A stretch of DNA of 64,000 nt from Zavarzinia compransoris (GTDB lineage: Bacteria; Pseudomonadota; Alphaproteobacteria; Zavarziniales; Zavarziniaceae), in assembly GCF_003173055.1 (NCBI RefSeq), contig NZ_QGLF01000001.1, positions 5,085 through 69,084 on the forward strand, read 5' to 3'. The notes beneath the pieces are model-generated. The model saw only the letters and a list, made by a program, of their open reading frames with translations, was not told where the DNA came from and made no database searches. The position numbers and the translations under genes were made by a program. Of this stretch, positions 26,451 to 37,401 are shown one piece after another. Every line of letters starts with the position of its first letter. Within the stretch, counting starts at the first letter, position 1.

Positions 26451-27907
26451 CGGTCGAGCCCGCCGAGGCAGAGATATTTGATCTCGACGTAATCGTCGAT
26501 GCCGTGGGACGAGCCTTCGCGCCCGATGCCGGATTCCTTCACCCCGCCGAAGGGGGCGACCTCGGTCGAGATCAGGCCGGTATTGATGCCGACGATGCCG
26601 TATTCGAGCCCTTCCGCGACCCGGAAGATACGGCCGACGTCGCGGGCATAGAAATAGGAGGCGAGGCCGAATTCGGTATCATTGGCCATGCGGATCGCCT
26701 GCCCCTCGTCCGCGAAGCGGAACACCGGGGCCAGCGGGCCGAAGGTCTCCTCCCGGGCGACCGCCATGGCCGGGGTGACGCCGGTCAGCACCGTCGGCTC
26801 GAAGAAGGAGACGCCAAGGGCGTGGCGCCGGCCGCCGGTCGCCAGCCTGGCACCCTTGGCCAGGGCGTCGGCGATATGGTCCTCGATCTTGGCGACGGCC
26901 TTCATGTCGATCAGCGGGCCCTGGGTGACGCCGGGCTCGATGCCGCTGCCGACCTTGAGGGCGGCGACGGCGCGGGACAATTTCTCGACGAAGGCGTCAT
27001 GCACCCCGTCCTGGACCAGGATCCGGTTGGCGCAGACGCAGGTCTGGCCGGTGTTGCGGAACTTGGAGGCGATCGCCCCCTCGACCGCGGCATCGAGATC
27101 GGCATCGTCGAAGACGATGAAGGGGGCATTGCCGCCCAATTCCAGGCTGACCTTCTTCACCGTGCCGGCGCATTGCGCCATCAGCACCTTGCCGATCTCG
27201 GTCGAGCCGGTGAAGGTCAGCTTGCGCACGATCGGATTCGCGGTCATCTCGCCGCCGATCGCCTGGGCCGCGCCGGTGACCACATTGAGGGCGCCGGCGG
27301 GCAGCCCGGCCCGGGCGCCAAGCTCGGCCAGCGCCAGGGCGGAATAGGGGGTCTGGGTCGCCGGCTTCACCACCACGGTACAGCCGGCGGCAAGCGCCGG
27401 ACCGATCTTGCGGGTGATCATGGCGGCGGGGAAATTCCACGGCGTGATGGCGGCGACCACGCCCACCGGTTCCCGGGTGACGATGATCCGCTTGTCGGCG
27501 GCATGGGACGGGATGGTTTCGCCGTAGATCCGCTTCGCCTCCTCGCCGAACCATTCGAGGAAGGCGGCGGCATAGGCGATCTCGCCCTTCGATTCGGCCA
27601 GCGGCTTGCCCTGTTCGAGGGTCATGAGCAGGGCGAGGTCGTCCTGATTCGCCATCATCAGGTCGGCGAAGCGGCGCAGCACCAGGGCGCGTTCCTTGGC
27701 GGTCTTCTTGCGCCAGGCCGGCAGGGCGATGTCGGCGGCGGCGATCGCCCGCGCCGTTTCCGCCCGGCCGGCCCTGGGCACGGTGCCGAGCACGGCCAGG
27801 GTGGCGGGGTCGGTCACCTCGACGGTGGCGCCATCGTCCGCCGCCACCCATTCGCCGCCGATATAGTTCCGCTCGCGGAACAAGCCGGGATCTTTCAGCG
27901 CGACCAT
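26447..27907 (-). CDS. gabD: NAD(P)-dependent succinate-semialdehyde dehydrogenase
   Basis: MVALKDPGLFRERNYIGGEWV... aligns to E. coli GabD (MKLNDSNLFRQQALINGEW), with aldehyde-DH motifs (ITPWNFPAAMITRK; ELGGNAP; catalytic Cys in GQTCVCANR). Start at second ATG (27907), which has SD AGGGAGGA 5 nt upstream. Confidence 0.85.
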   Translation of the reverse strand: MVALKDPGLFRERNYIGGEWVAADDGATVEVTDPATLAVLGTVPRAGRAETARAIAAADIALPAWRKKTAKERALVLRRFADLMMANQDDLALLMTLEQGKPLAESKGEIAYAAAFLEWFGEEAKRIYGETIPSHAADKRIIVTREPVGVVAAITPWNFPAAMITRKIGPALAAGCTVVVKPATQTPYSALALAELGARAGLPAGALNVVTGAAQAIGGEMTANPIVRKLTFTGSTEIGKVLMAQCAGTVKKVSLELGGNAPFIVFDDADLDAAVEGAIASKFRNTGQTCVCANRILVQDGVHDAFVEKLSRAVAALKVGSGIEPGVTQGPLIDMKAVAKIEDHIADALAKGARLATGGRRHALGVSFFEPTVLTGVTPAMAVAREETFGPLAPVFRFADEGQAIRMANDTEFGLASYFYARDVGRIFRVAEGLEYGIVGINTGLISTEVAPFGGVKESGIGREGSSHGIDDYVEIKYLCLGGLDR

Positions 27908-28032
27908 TCTGTCCTCCCTGTTGTCGGCGTCCGCCATCTTAAGACCCGGGCGATCGCGCGGGGAAGTCCCCGGGGCTTCCCCTGGCGGCACCATTGGCGC
28001 ATACCAGAGGCGTGCCGCCCGAGGAGGTTGAG

Positions 28033-28515
28033 ATGCGCCGTCGCCTGATGTCCGCCCTGATGCTGGCCGCCGCCGTCCTGGCCGCCGGGCCGGCCCGGGC
28101 CGAGGTCGACGTCATCCGCAGCGCCGACCAGTTGCAGCGCCTGTTCGCCGACCGCACCCTGGTCGGGCGCTTCCTGTCCGGCGATACGTTCAAGGAATAT
28201 TACGCGCCCGACGGCCGGGTCGCCTATTTCCAGCTGCAGTGCCTGCATTCCGGCACCTGGTGGGTGGAAAGCCTGGCGCAGGATTTCGGCATGCTGCAGG
28301 CGGGCACGCCCATCATCTGCTTCGACTACCCGAGCCTGAACGCCAAGGACGATCCCTCGTGCTTTGCCGTCGGCGGCCCCACGGGGCGGGAGCGCTTCTA
28401 TCCGATCGGCGGCGATCCCGGCAACACGGGCATTCCCGGCGCCATCGCGGAACAATGGAGCCAGGGCAATACGGAACCCCTGCCGCTCGGCGAGGACGGC
28501 TGCCCCAGCGTGTGA
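28033..28515 (+). CDS. hypothetical secreted protein (160 aa)
   Basis: Signal peptide MRRRLMSALMLAAAVLAAGPARA. No domain recognised. Confidence 0.45.
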   Translation: MRRRLMSALMLAAAVLAAGPARAEVDVIRSADQLQRLFADRTLVGRFLSGDTFKEYYAPDGRVAYFQLQCLHSGTWWVESLAQDFGMLQAGTPIICFDYPSLNAKDDPSCFAVGGPTGRERFYPIGGDPGNTGIPGAIAEQWSQGNTEPLPLGEDGCPSV

Positions 28516-28519
28516 CGCC

Positions 28520-29143
28520 ATGATTCTGATCGGCCAATATGATTCGCCTTTCGTCCGCCGTGTCGGCATCGCGCTCCGGCTCTATGGCTTTGCCTTCGAG
28601 CATTTGCCCTGGTCGGCCTTTTCCGATGCGGACCGGCTGGCCGCCCATAATCCCCTGCGGCGGGTGCCGACATTGGTGCTCGACGACGGCAGCGCCCTGA
28701 TCGAAAGCGCCGGGATTCTCGATTATCTCGACGAAGCCCGGGGCCGCGACCGCGCCCTGATCGCCGCCGCCGGCCCCGCCCGCCACCGGGACCTGCGGCG
28801 GATCGCGCTGGCCACCGGCCTTGCCGACAAGGCGGTGGCGCTGTTCTACGAACGGGTGATGCACGAGGTTCCGGCCCCGGCCTGGACCGCGCGGCTGGAG
28901 GGGCAGGTCGCGGGAACCCTGGCGGCGCTGGAGGCGGAGCGGGCGGGGCAGGACGGCTTCTGGTTCGGCGCAAGCCCCGGCCATGCCGATATCGCCCTCG
29001 GCTGCGTCCTGCATTTCCTCGACGCCGCCCATCCCGGGCTGTTCGTCCGCGGCCGCCATCCGGCCCTGGCCGCCCATGCCGATGCCTGCGAGGCCCTGGC
29101 GGTCTTCGCCGAGATCCGCCAGCCCTTCATCGCCCCCCGTTGA
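28520..29143 (+). CDS. glutathione S-transferase family protein
   Basis: MILIGQYDSPFVRRVGIALRLYGFAFEH... (GST N-terminal thioredoxin-like) plus GST C-terminal helical domain. Confidence 0.7.
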   Translation: MILIGQYDSPFVRRVGIALRLYGFAFEHLPWSAFSDADRLAAHNPLRRVPTLVLDDGSALIESAGILDYLDEARGRDRALIAAAGPARHRDLRRIALATGLADKAVALFYERVMHEVPAPAWTARLEGQVAGTLAALEAERAGQDGFWFGASPGHADIALGCVLHFLDAAHPGLFVRGRHPALAAHADACEALAVFAEIRQPFIAPR

Positions 29144-29188
29144 CGCGCCGCCGTAACGGGAGGAAGGTGCGTCCGAGAGGTTTCCATC

Positions 29189-29449
29189 ATGTCGATCAGC
29201 CGCCGCGCGTTTCTCTTCGCCACCGTATCGACGCCTGCCATGGCGCTGGGCGCCACCACCGCGCTTGCCTGGTCGACCCAGGACATGGGGCCGGAAGACG
29301 CCGCCCTGTTCGCCAGCCGCTGCGAGGTCGGGCCTCACGGCGGCCATCTGCAACGCGCCCTGGCGCTGCTGGGCAAGGCCGGCGTGCCCCTGCCGCTGAC
29401 GGCGGCCGAGGCCTGCCCGGTCTGCGGCTGCAACATCCAGCCGGGCTGA
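29189..29449 (+). CDS. small Tat-signal protein with C-terminal CPVCGC motif (86 aa)
   Basis: MSISRRAFLFATVSTPAMALGA (twin-arginine SRRAFL). C-terminal AAEACPVCGCNIQPG. Directly upstream of the monooxygenase gene. Confidence 0.4.
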   Translation: MSISRRAFLFATVSTPAMALGATTALAWSTQDMGPEDAALFASRCEVGPHGGHLQRALALLGKAGVPLPLTAAEACPVCGCNIQPG

Positions 29450-29580
29450 CCGGCCGCGCCGCACCTGTGGCGCCGGGCCCGCCCGCGCCACAGCCGAAGC
29501 CCGGATTTCCGCGCCTTTCCCCCTGGCACGGCGCTTGCTCCTCCTCCCCCTGCACGACAAGCAGAACAGGGAGGAACACC

Positions 29581-31383
29581 ATGCTTGACCATAGTCCCGC
29601 CACCAGGGTCGATGCCATTCTCGGCCGCCTGGGCGAGGCGCTGGCCGCCGGCGATATCGACGGCGCCGTCGATCTCTTCGCCACCGACAGCTATTGGCGC
29701 GACCTCGTCGCCTTCACCTGGAACCTGAAGACGCTGGAGGGGCGGGACCAGATCCGCGCCATGCTGCAAAGCCAGCTTGCCCGGATCGCGCCTGAACGCC
29801 TGCGCCGCGACACGCGGGAGCCGGCGGGCGAGGCGGACGGCGTCACCGACGGCTGGTTCGAGTTCGAGACGGCGCTCGCCCGCGGCTATGGCCATATCCG
29901 CATCCGCGACGGCCGGATCTGGACCCTGTTGACGACCATGACCGAACTGAAGGGCCACGAGGAACCGAAGGGCATCCGCCGGCCCCTGGGCGCCGAGCAC
30001 GGCAGCCGCCGCAACCGCAGCACCTGGTCCGAGAAACGGGCCGAGGAAGCGCGCGAACTCGGCTACGTCAACCAGCCCTATGTGGTGATCATCGGCGGCG
30101 GCCAGGGCGGCATCGCCCTGGCCGCGCGGCTGCGCCAGTTGAAGGTGCCTTCTATCATCGTCGAGAAGAACGAACGCCCGGGCGACAGCTGGCGCAAGCG
30201 CTACAAGTCGCTCTGCCTGCACGACCCGGTCTGGTACGACCACCTGCCCTATATTCCCTTCCCCGAGAACTGGCCGGTGTTCACGCCCAAGGACAAGATC
30301 GGCGACTGGCTGGAAATGTATGCCAAGGTGATGGAACTGAACTATTGGGGTTCCACTACCTGCCGGTCCGCCCACTTCGACGAGGCGGCGCAGGAATGGG
30401 TGGTGACGGTCACCCGCGAGGGCCGCGACGTGGTGCTGCGGCCGAAGCAGCTGGTGCTGGCCACCGGCATGTCGGGCAAGCCCAATGTGCCGGTCTTCCC
30501 CGGCCAGGACGTATTCCGGGGCGAGCAGCAGCATTCCTCCCGCCATCCGGGGCCCGACGCCTATGCCGGGCGGAAGGCGGTCGTCATCGGTTCCAACAAT
30601 TCCGCCCACGACATCAGCGCGGCCCTGTGGGAGGCGGGGGCGGACGTCACCATGGTGCAACGCTCCTCGACCCATATCGTGCGTTCGGAGACGCTGATGG
30701 ATATCGGCCTCGGCGATCTCTATTCCGAGCGCGCCCTGGCCGCCGGCATGACCACGCGGAAGGCGGACCTGATCTTCGCCTCGCTGCCCTACCGGATCAT
30801 GCACGAGTTCCAGATCCCGCTTTACGACCGCATGCGCGAGCGGGACAAGGAGTTCTACGACCGGCTGGCGGCGGCGGGCTTCATGCTCGACTGGGGCGAC
30901 GACGGCTCGGGCCTGTTCATGAAATATCTGCGCCGGGGGTCGGGCTACTACATCGACGTCGGCGCCTGCGATCTCGTCATCGACGGCTCGATCAAGCTGA
31001 AGTCGGGGTCCGACGTCTCCCACCTGACCGAGGATGCGGTGGTCCTGAAGGACGGCACCCGGCTGCCGGCCGATCTCGTCGTCTATGCCACCGGCTATGG
31101 CTCGATGAACGGCTGGGCGGCGGACCTGATCAGCCCGGCGGTGGCGGAGAAGGTCGGCAAATGCTGGGGGCTCGGCTCCGACACCACCAAGGACCCCGGC
31201 CCGTGGGAGGGCGAGCAGCGCAACATGTGGAAGCCCACGCAGCAGGAAGCCCTGTGGTTCCACGGCGGCAACCTGCACCAGTCGCGCCATTATTCGCAAT
31301 ATCTGTCGTTGCAGCTGAAGGCGCGGATGGAAGGGCTGGAAACCCCGGTCTACGGGATGCAGCCCGTGCACCACAAGGGCTGA
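29581..31383 (+). CDS. FAD/NAD(P)-binding flavin-containing monooxygenase (class B, FMO/BVMO-like), 600 aa
   Basis: VVIIGGGQGGIALAARL (GxGxxG), second dinucleotide motif VVIGSNNSAHDI, ATGY motif near the C-terminus (VVYATGYGS). SD GGGAGGA 5 nt upstream of ATG 29581. N-terminal ~140 aa SnoaL/NTF2-like extension. Confidence 0.7.
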   Translation: MLDHSPATRVDAILGRLGEALAAGDIDGAVDLFATDSYWRDLVAFTWNLKTLEGRDQIRAMLQSQLARIAPERLRRDTREPAGEADGVTDGWFEFETALARGYGHIRIRDGRIWTLLTTMTELKGHEEPKGIRRPLGAEHGSRRNRSTWSEKRAEEARELGYVNQPYVVIIGGGQGGIALAARLRQLKVPSIIVEKNERPGDSWRKRYKSLCLHDPVWYDHLPYIPFPENWPVFTPKDKIGDWLEMYAKVMELNYWGSTTCRSAHFDEAAQEWVVTVTREGRDVVLRPKQLVLATGMSGKPNVPVFPGQDVFRGEQQHSSRHPGPDAYAGRKAVVIGSNNSAHDISAALWEAGADVTMVQRSSTHIVRSETLMDIGLGDLYSERALAAGMTTRKADLIFASLPYRIMHEFQIPLYDRMRERDKEFYDRLAAAGFMLDWGDDGSGLFMKYLRRGSGYYIDVGACDLVIDGSIKLKSGSDVSHLTEDAVVLKDGTRLPADLVVYATGYGSMNGWAADLISPAVAEKVGKCWGLGSDTTKDPGPWEGEQRNMWKPTQQEALWFHGGNLHQSRHYSQYLSLQLKARMEGLETPVYGMQPVHHKG

Positions 31384-31427
31384 CCCGGCCCGGGAACGGG
31401 GGCGGCGGACGGGCCGCCGCCCCATCT

Positions 31428-32573
31428 TCACTCGTCGCGCAGGCGGACGAGGTCGTTCAACAGCCCGCCGGTGCCGTTGTGCACCGTCAGGCGTTCCACC
31501 TTGCCGGCGATCGTCTCCAGCGCCTCGAGCTCCTTCAGGCGCAGCATGACGGGGTTCTCCGCCATCACCCGGGCCGTGTTCAGCAGGGCGCGGGTGGCGT
31601 TGGTCTCCTCCCGCCGGCGGATGACATTGGCTTCCGCCTGCTTTTCCGCCGCGACCACCTGGTTCAGGATCTCGCGCATCTCGCCCGGCAGGATCACGTC
31701 CTTCAGGGCGATGTCGATCACCTCGACGCCGAGCGCCGCCATTTCCGCCGTCACCCCTTCCGCCGCCTCGGCATCGAGCGAGACCTTGCGCTCGAGGATC
31801 TGGTCGAGGCTGAGGGCGCCCAGCGTCTTGCGGAAGGCAAGCTGAAGGGCGCGGTACAGGCTGTCGGCGAAATCCTTGACCGCGATCACCGCCGTCACCG
31901 GATCGGTGACGCGATATTCCGCGGTCAGGTTGATGCGGATGGTCACCCGGTCGCGGGTCAGCACTTCCTGGCCCGCGATATCCAGCGACTGGCGCCTGGT
32001 CTCGACCTGCTTCACGGTGACCGTGCGGCCGGCGTTCCAGAAGCCGTGCACGCCCGGGGGCAGAGTCTCGGCAAGGACGCCGTCGATCGTCAGCAGGCCG
32101 ACCCAGCCTTCCGCCACCGCGGCGACCGCGATCCCCTCGGTCTTGCCGGCCAGCACCAGGCGCTTCAGCAGGGCCGGGGCGACCCGCGGCACCGCCTGGA
32201 TGTCGACCACCGTCGCGGCCCAGGGGCCGGCATCGGTCCAGACCGTCAGGCGGCTGTCCGGCTTCAGCACGGCGAAGATCTGGCCGTCGCGCTCGATGAC
32301 CGCGGTCTCGTCGCGCCCGGTGCGGAAAGCGGTCAGGTGACGGGCCGCGACGGCCGGGAGACGATCGAACAACGGCTTTTCATAAGGCGAGAGGAAGCGG
32401 CCCTGGCCGATGTCGAAGACATGGGTTTCCAGCATCCCGCCGCGGCTCGGCAGCGCGATTTCGCCGGGCCCGAAAAGGCCCAGCAGGCGGCCCTGGTAAA
32501 GGGCGAGGATCCGCTCGTTTTCCTTGGCGAGGAGGCGCTTGCGGCCCCTGATCAGATCGAGAAAAGTCGTCAT
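31428..32573 (-). CDS. SPFH/band-7 domain protein (slipin-like)
   Basis: Central SPFH domain (VTIRINLTAEYRVTDPVTAVIAVKDFADSLY...) with a C-terminal coiled coil (AAEKQAEANVIRRREETNATRAL). Start MTTFLDL at 32573. Confidence 0.65.
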   Translation of the reverse strand: MTTFLDLIRGRKRLLAKENERILALYQGRLLGLFGPGEIALPSRGGMLETHVFDIGQGRFLSPYEKPLFDRLPAVAARHLTAFRTGRDETAVIERDGQIFAVLKPDSRLTVWTDAGPWAATVVDIQAVPRVAPALLKRLVLAGKTEGIAVAAVAEGWVGLLTIDGVLAETLPPGVHGFWNAGRTVTVKQVETRRQSLDIAGQEVLTRDRVTIRINLTAEYRVTDPVTAVIAVKDFADSLYRALQLAFRKTLGALSLDQILERKVSLDAEAAEGVTAEMAALGVEVIDIALKDVILPGEMREILNQVVAAEKQAEANVIRRREETNATRALLNTARVMAENPVMLRLKELEALETIAGKVERLTVHNGTGGLLNDLVRLRDE

Positions 32574-32919
32574 CGTCGTTACTCCATCGGGCATGATCAC
32601 GGCATGCGTCGATCGTCCTTTCGTGTGGCGGTTCCGGGCCGCGATGCGGTCCGGGATGAGGTTGGGGGTTGACGGAAAAGGACCGGGAACCGGCGACATC
32701 CGCCCGCCGCGGAGCGCGGGGAGAGGGGGCAGAGGCGGCCGCGCGGCCGGAGCGGGCGAACCTGATCCGGTGGCGGGGCCGTGTCGTCTCCGTCACCCGA
32801 AACCGGCGACGGCGGAAGGCTCGGTCACCCCGGATCTTGTGAAGCCGGGGGTTCCTTGCAGGCCGGTTCCCGGCCCCGCATTCCGGGCACCGGGTGGTGC
32901 AGCTGGTTTTCAAGACCAG

Positions 32920-33043
32920 TGGTGGAGAAGGCTTCGAACCTTCAACACGCAGATTCGCGATCTGGTGCTTTCCCATGGCGAAGCCTGCGGGCGTCGAACC
33001 CGCGTCTGCCGGACGACCGGCGCTCTCGCTGAGCTAAGGCCTC
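32920..33043 (-). ncRNA. candidate tRNA-like structured RNA: 68-nt cloverleaf-like element (no anticodon arm, G3.U70, ends GCCA) followed 1 nt later by a 55-nt element ending TTCGAAG..CCACCA
   Basis: Minus strand 33043->32976: GAGGCCT-TA-GCTC-AGCGA-GAGC-G-CCGG-TCGT-CCGG-CAGAC-GCGGG-TTCGACG-CCCGC-AGGCTTC-G-CCA. Acceptor stem pairs 7/7 with a G.U at position 3; D-arm and T-arm are canonical; the anticodon arm is replaced by a 4-bp tetraloop hairpin. Second element 32974->32920: GGGAAAG...GAAGG-TTCGAAG-CCTTC-TCCACCA, then hairpin CTGGTcttgaaaACCAG. Confidence 0.3.
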
Positions 33044-33253
33044 ATACGGCCCGATCGGCAAGGCGCCTGACGCAGGACGGCAGTGCCGCCTGCGAGGGTG
33101 GCGTTCGCGAACGCCGACCGTTGTGCTCTTGCCGGTTCTAAGACCGCGGCGTGTATTTACGCCGCGGACAGCAGGGCGGCAAGCGGCAACGTCACACGCC
33201 GGTGTCGTTGCCGCATCACCTGTTGCGGGCGGGCCACAGGGGCCCGCGGCGCC

Positions 33254-34267
33254 TTATTCCGCGGCGCGGGCGCGGGTGATACCGGTACGGCCGTTCAGGC
33301 GGGCCAGCGCGGCGTCATATTCGCGGCGGAAGCGGGCGACCAATTCGCCGGCGGGCAGCACGGCATCGATCGCGCCGATGCCCTGGCCGCAACCCCAGAT
33401 GTCCCGCCAGGCCTTGGCGCCGGTATTGCCGCCCGAGCCGAAGTCCATCTTGCTCGGGTCCGAGACCGGCAGCTTGGCGGGGTCGAGCCCGGCGTTGACG
33501 ATCGAGGGCTTCAGGTAATTGCCGTGCACGCCGGTGAAGAGGTTGGTGTAGACGATGTCCTCGCCCGTGCTGTCGACCACCATCTGCTTGTAGGCTTCGG
33601 CGGCATTGGCTTCCTTCGTCGCGATGAAGGCGGAGCCGATGTAACCGAAGTCGGCCCCCATGGCCTCGGCCGCCAGGATCGCGTCGCCCCGGGCGATCGA
33701 GCCGGACAGGGCCAGCGGCCCGTCGAACCAGGCGCGGATTTCCTGGACCAGGGCGAAGGGCGACAATTGCCCGGCATGGCCGCCGGCGCCGGCGGCGACC
33801 GCGATCAGCCCGTCCGCGCCCTTCTCGACCGCCTTGCGGGCGAAGACCTGGTTGATGACGTCATGCATGACGATGCCGCCGTAGGAATGGATCGCGGCGT
33901 TCACATCCTCCCGCGCGCCGAGCGAGGTGATGACCACCGGCACCTTGTATTTCACGCACATTTCGACGTCGTGTTGCAGCCGGTCGTTCGAGCGGTGCAC
34001 GATCTGGTTGACGGCGAAGGGGGCCGAAGGGCTTTCCGGATGGTCGCGGTCCCAGGCCGCCAGTTCCTCGGTGATGCGGGCCAGCCATTCGTCGAGCTGG
34101 GCCGCCGGGCGGGCGTTGAGCGCCGGGAAGGAGCCGACGATCCCCGCCTTGCACTGGGCGATCACCAGGTCCGGGTTGGAGACGATGAACAGCGGCGCCG
34201 CGATGGCGGGCAGGGACAGGCGGCGGCGCAGGCCTTCAGCGATGCCATGGCTGCGGTCGATGATCAT
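33254..34267 (-). CDS. nitronate monooxygenase (NMO, 2-nitropropane dioxygenase-like) family protein
   Basis: TIM-barrel FMN enzyme signature: PIFIVSNPDLVIAQCKAGIVGSFPALNARP...GADGLIAVAAGAGGHAG. Confidence 0.8.
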   Translation of the reverse strand: MIIDRSHGIAEGLRRRLSLPAIAAPLFIVSNPDLVIAQCKAGIVGSFPALNARPAAQLDEWLARITEELAAWDRDHPESPSAPFAVNQIVHRSNDRLQHDVEMCVKYKVPVVITSLGAREDVNAAIHSYGGIVMHDVINQVFARKAVEKGADGLIAVAAGAGGHAGQLSPFALVQEIRAWFDGPLALSGSIARGDAILAAEAMGADFGYIGSAFIATKEANAAEAYKQMVVDSTGEDIVYTNLFTGVHGNYLKPSIVNAGLDPAKLPVSDPSKMDFGSGGNTGAKAWRDIWGCGQGIGAIDAVLPAGELVARFRREYDAALARLNGRTGITRARAAE

Positions 34268-34401
34268 GGTGCTCTCCCGGGGTCGTTCTTTATGAAATGC
34301 GATGATGGAAACGTTGTTACCATAAGAAACGATGTTGCCACAAGGCCCGAAAAAGGCCGATAAACGAATGCGAGCATGATGCGCGACAGGAGCGGCGACC
34401 G

Positions 34402-35070
34402 TTGAGCGAAACCTTCGATGCCCGGACCTTCGACGCGCGGCAGACCCGGGCCGACCTGCGCGAGGACCTGCGCGCCGCCCTCCTGGCCGCCGCCGCCCGC
34501 ATCCTGTCGGAGGAGGGGCTGGGCGCGCTGACCGTGCGCCATCTCGCCGAGAAGGTGAATGTCTCGACCAAGGCGGTCTATACGCTGTTCGGCGGCAAGG
34601 AGGGGTTGCTCGAAGCGCTCTACCGCGATGCCTTCGACGGCATCGCCACCCATCTGCCCGATGTCGCGGCGATCGAGCCGGCCAGCCATCGCCTGATCAT
34701 GCTGGCCCGGGGCTACCGGCTCTATGCCCTGGCCCGGCCCGATTTCTATGCGGTGATGTTCGGCGACGCCGGCACCGGCTTTTCCCCGAGCGCGGAAAGC
34801 CGGCGCCACGCCTGGAACACCACGCGGCCCATGCGCCAGACCCTGGCCGCCTGCCGCCCGGGCATGAGGGCGGCGGAGGCGGATTTCATCATGCGCGCCC
34901 TTTGGGCGGTGATGCACGGCGTGGTCAGCCTGGAACTGCGCCAGCTGATCGGCGGGCGCGAGATGGCGGAACGGCTGTTCGACGACACGATGCTGGCGGT
35001 GCTCGCCCGCCATGGCATCGCCGTCCCGCCGGAGGCCCTGGCGTTACGCCCCTCGCCCCGCGGCGGGTGA
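34402..35070 (+). CDS. TetR/AcrR family transcriptional regulator
   Basis: N-terminal HTH LLAAAARILSEEGLGALTVRHLAEKVNVSTKAVYTLFGGKEGLL. TTG start per ORF track. Confidence 0.7.
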   Translation: MSETFDARTFDARQTRADLREDLRAALLAAAARILSEEGLGALTVRHLAEKVNVSTKAVYTLFGGKEGLLEALYRDAFDGIATHLPDVAAIEPASHRLIMLARGYRLYALARPDFYAVMFGDAGTGFSPSAESRRHAWNTTRPMRQTLAACRPGMRAAEADFIMRALWAVMHGVVSLELRQLIGGREMAERLFDDTMLAVLARHGIAVPPEALALRPSPRGG

Positions 35071-35082
35071 GGGGCGCCCGTC

Positions 35083-36537
<1,455 letters not shown>

Positions 36538-36623
36538 CTCGCTCCCCTCGCATGCTGGTTTTTTGTCAGTCTACGCGGGGGGCGGGGCAGGGCAAGGGGG
36601 GATGTCGGGGGGGTATCCCGGTA

Positions 36624-37289
36624 TCATGGCGGGAGATCGGCCGGCCCGGGCGCATCCGGGTCGCGAACCATCCCGACCCCCAGCCCCATGCCGCCGCCCA
36701 TGCCGTCACCGCCGCCTTGCCGGCCCGCCTTCGCCCCGCCCTCGCCCTTGCCGCGCCCGCCGGTGCCGGAGGGGCGCGCCGGGCCCTGCACCGGGATCGC
36801 GAGGTCGGCCGGGATCGGCGCGAGGTCCAGGGCTTCGCGAATGAAGTCGCGCAGCGAGACGACGAGGTCGTGGGTATGGACGGGGCGCCCGGCGACCAGT
36901 TCCCGCGCCGCCCGTTCGGCCAGGCGGACCTGATCCTCGGTGCCGAGCAGGATGATGTCCGACAGGGCGGCCTCGACCGCATCGCGGATGCGCCGGGGCC
37001 GGTCCGATCCGCCGCCGTCCTCGCCGCCGCTTTCGCGGTCGCGGCGGCGCAGGTCGCGCAGATGGGTGGGGTCCACCGCCAGATTGCCGGTGAACGAGCC
37101 GCCCAGGGTCTTATAGGCCGCGATCAGGGTGCGCAGGCGCTCGTTGATCTGCCGGTTCAGGCGTTCCCGGCGCTGCTGGATCGTGAACATGATCAAGAGC
37201 CGGATGCCGACGCCGATCAGGGTGACCAGGGCGAGGCCCACCACCGTGGCGATCAGGCCCTGCCACGAGCCGAAATCGATGCTGCGCAT
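36624..37289 (-). CDS. hypothetical membrane protein with Gly/Arg-rich low-complexity tail (221 aa)
   Basis: N-terminal TM (LIATVVGLALVTLIGVGIRLLIMF). Overlapping opposite-strand ORF 36552..37352 looks like a GC artefact. Strand assignment is tentative. Confidence 0.35.
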   Translation of the reverse strand: MRSIDFGSWQGLIATVVGLALVTLIGVGIRLLIMFTIQQRRERLNRQINERLRTLIAAYKTLGGSFTGNLAVDPTHLRDLRRRDRESGGEDGGGSDRPRRIRDAVEAALSDIILLGTEDQVRLAERAARELVAGRPVHTHDLVVSLRDFIREALDLAPIPADLAIPVQGPARPSGTGGRGKGEGGAKAGRQGGGDGMGGGMGLGVGMVRDPDAPGPADLPP

Positions 37290-37401
37290 AGGGGGCCTTT
37301 CACGAATTTCCGACCGGGGCCGAAGATATCCCGCGCAGGCCCGGCGACATAGCCGTTGGTTTTCCGCTAAAACACTTCCCCCGCTTACCGGAGGTGCGAT
37401 C

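Noticed and set aside
32700-33253. Calling the tRNA-like pair a permuted two-piece tmRNA (ssrA)
   Set aside because: No ANDN...AA tag reading frame ending in a stop could be found on either strand, the first element ends GCCA rather than ACCA, and the second lacks a 7-nt acceptor strand. Kept only as a candidate structured RNA.
36552-37352. Plus-strand 266-aa ORF overlapping the minus-strand 221-aa membrane-protein ORF
   Set aside because: The plus-strand product is an Arg/Gly/Ala low-complexity string. The minus-strand product has a credible TM helix and natural composition, so the minus strand was chosen (low confidence).
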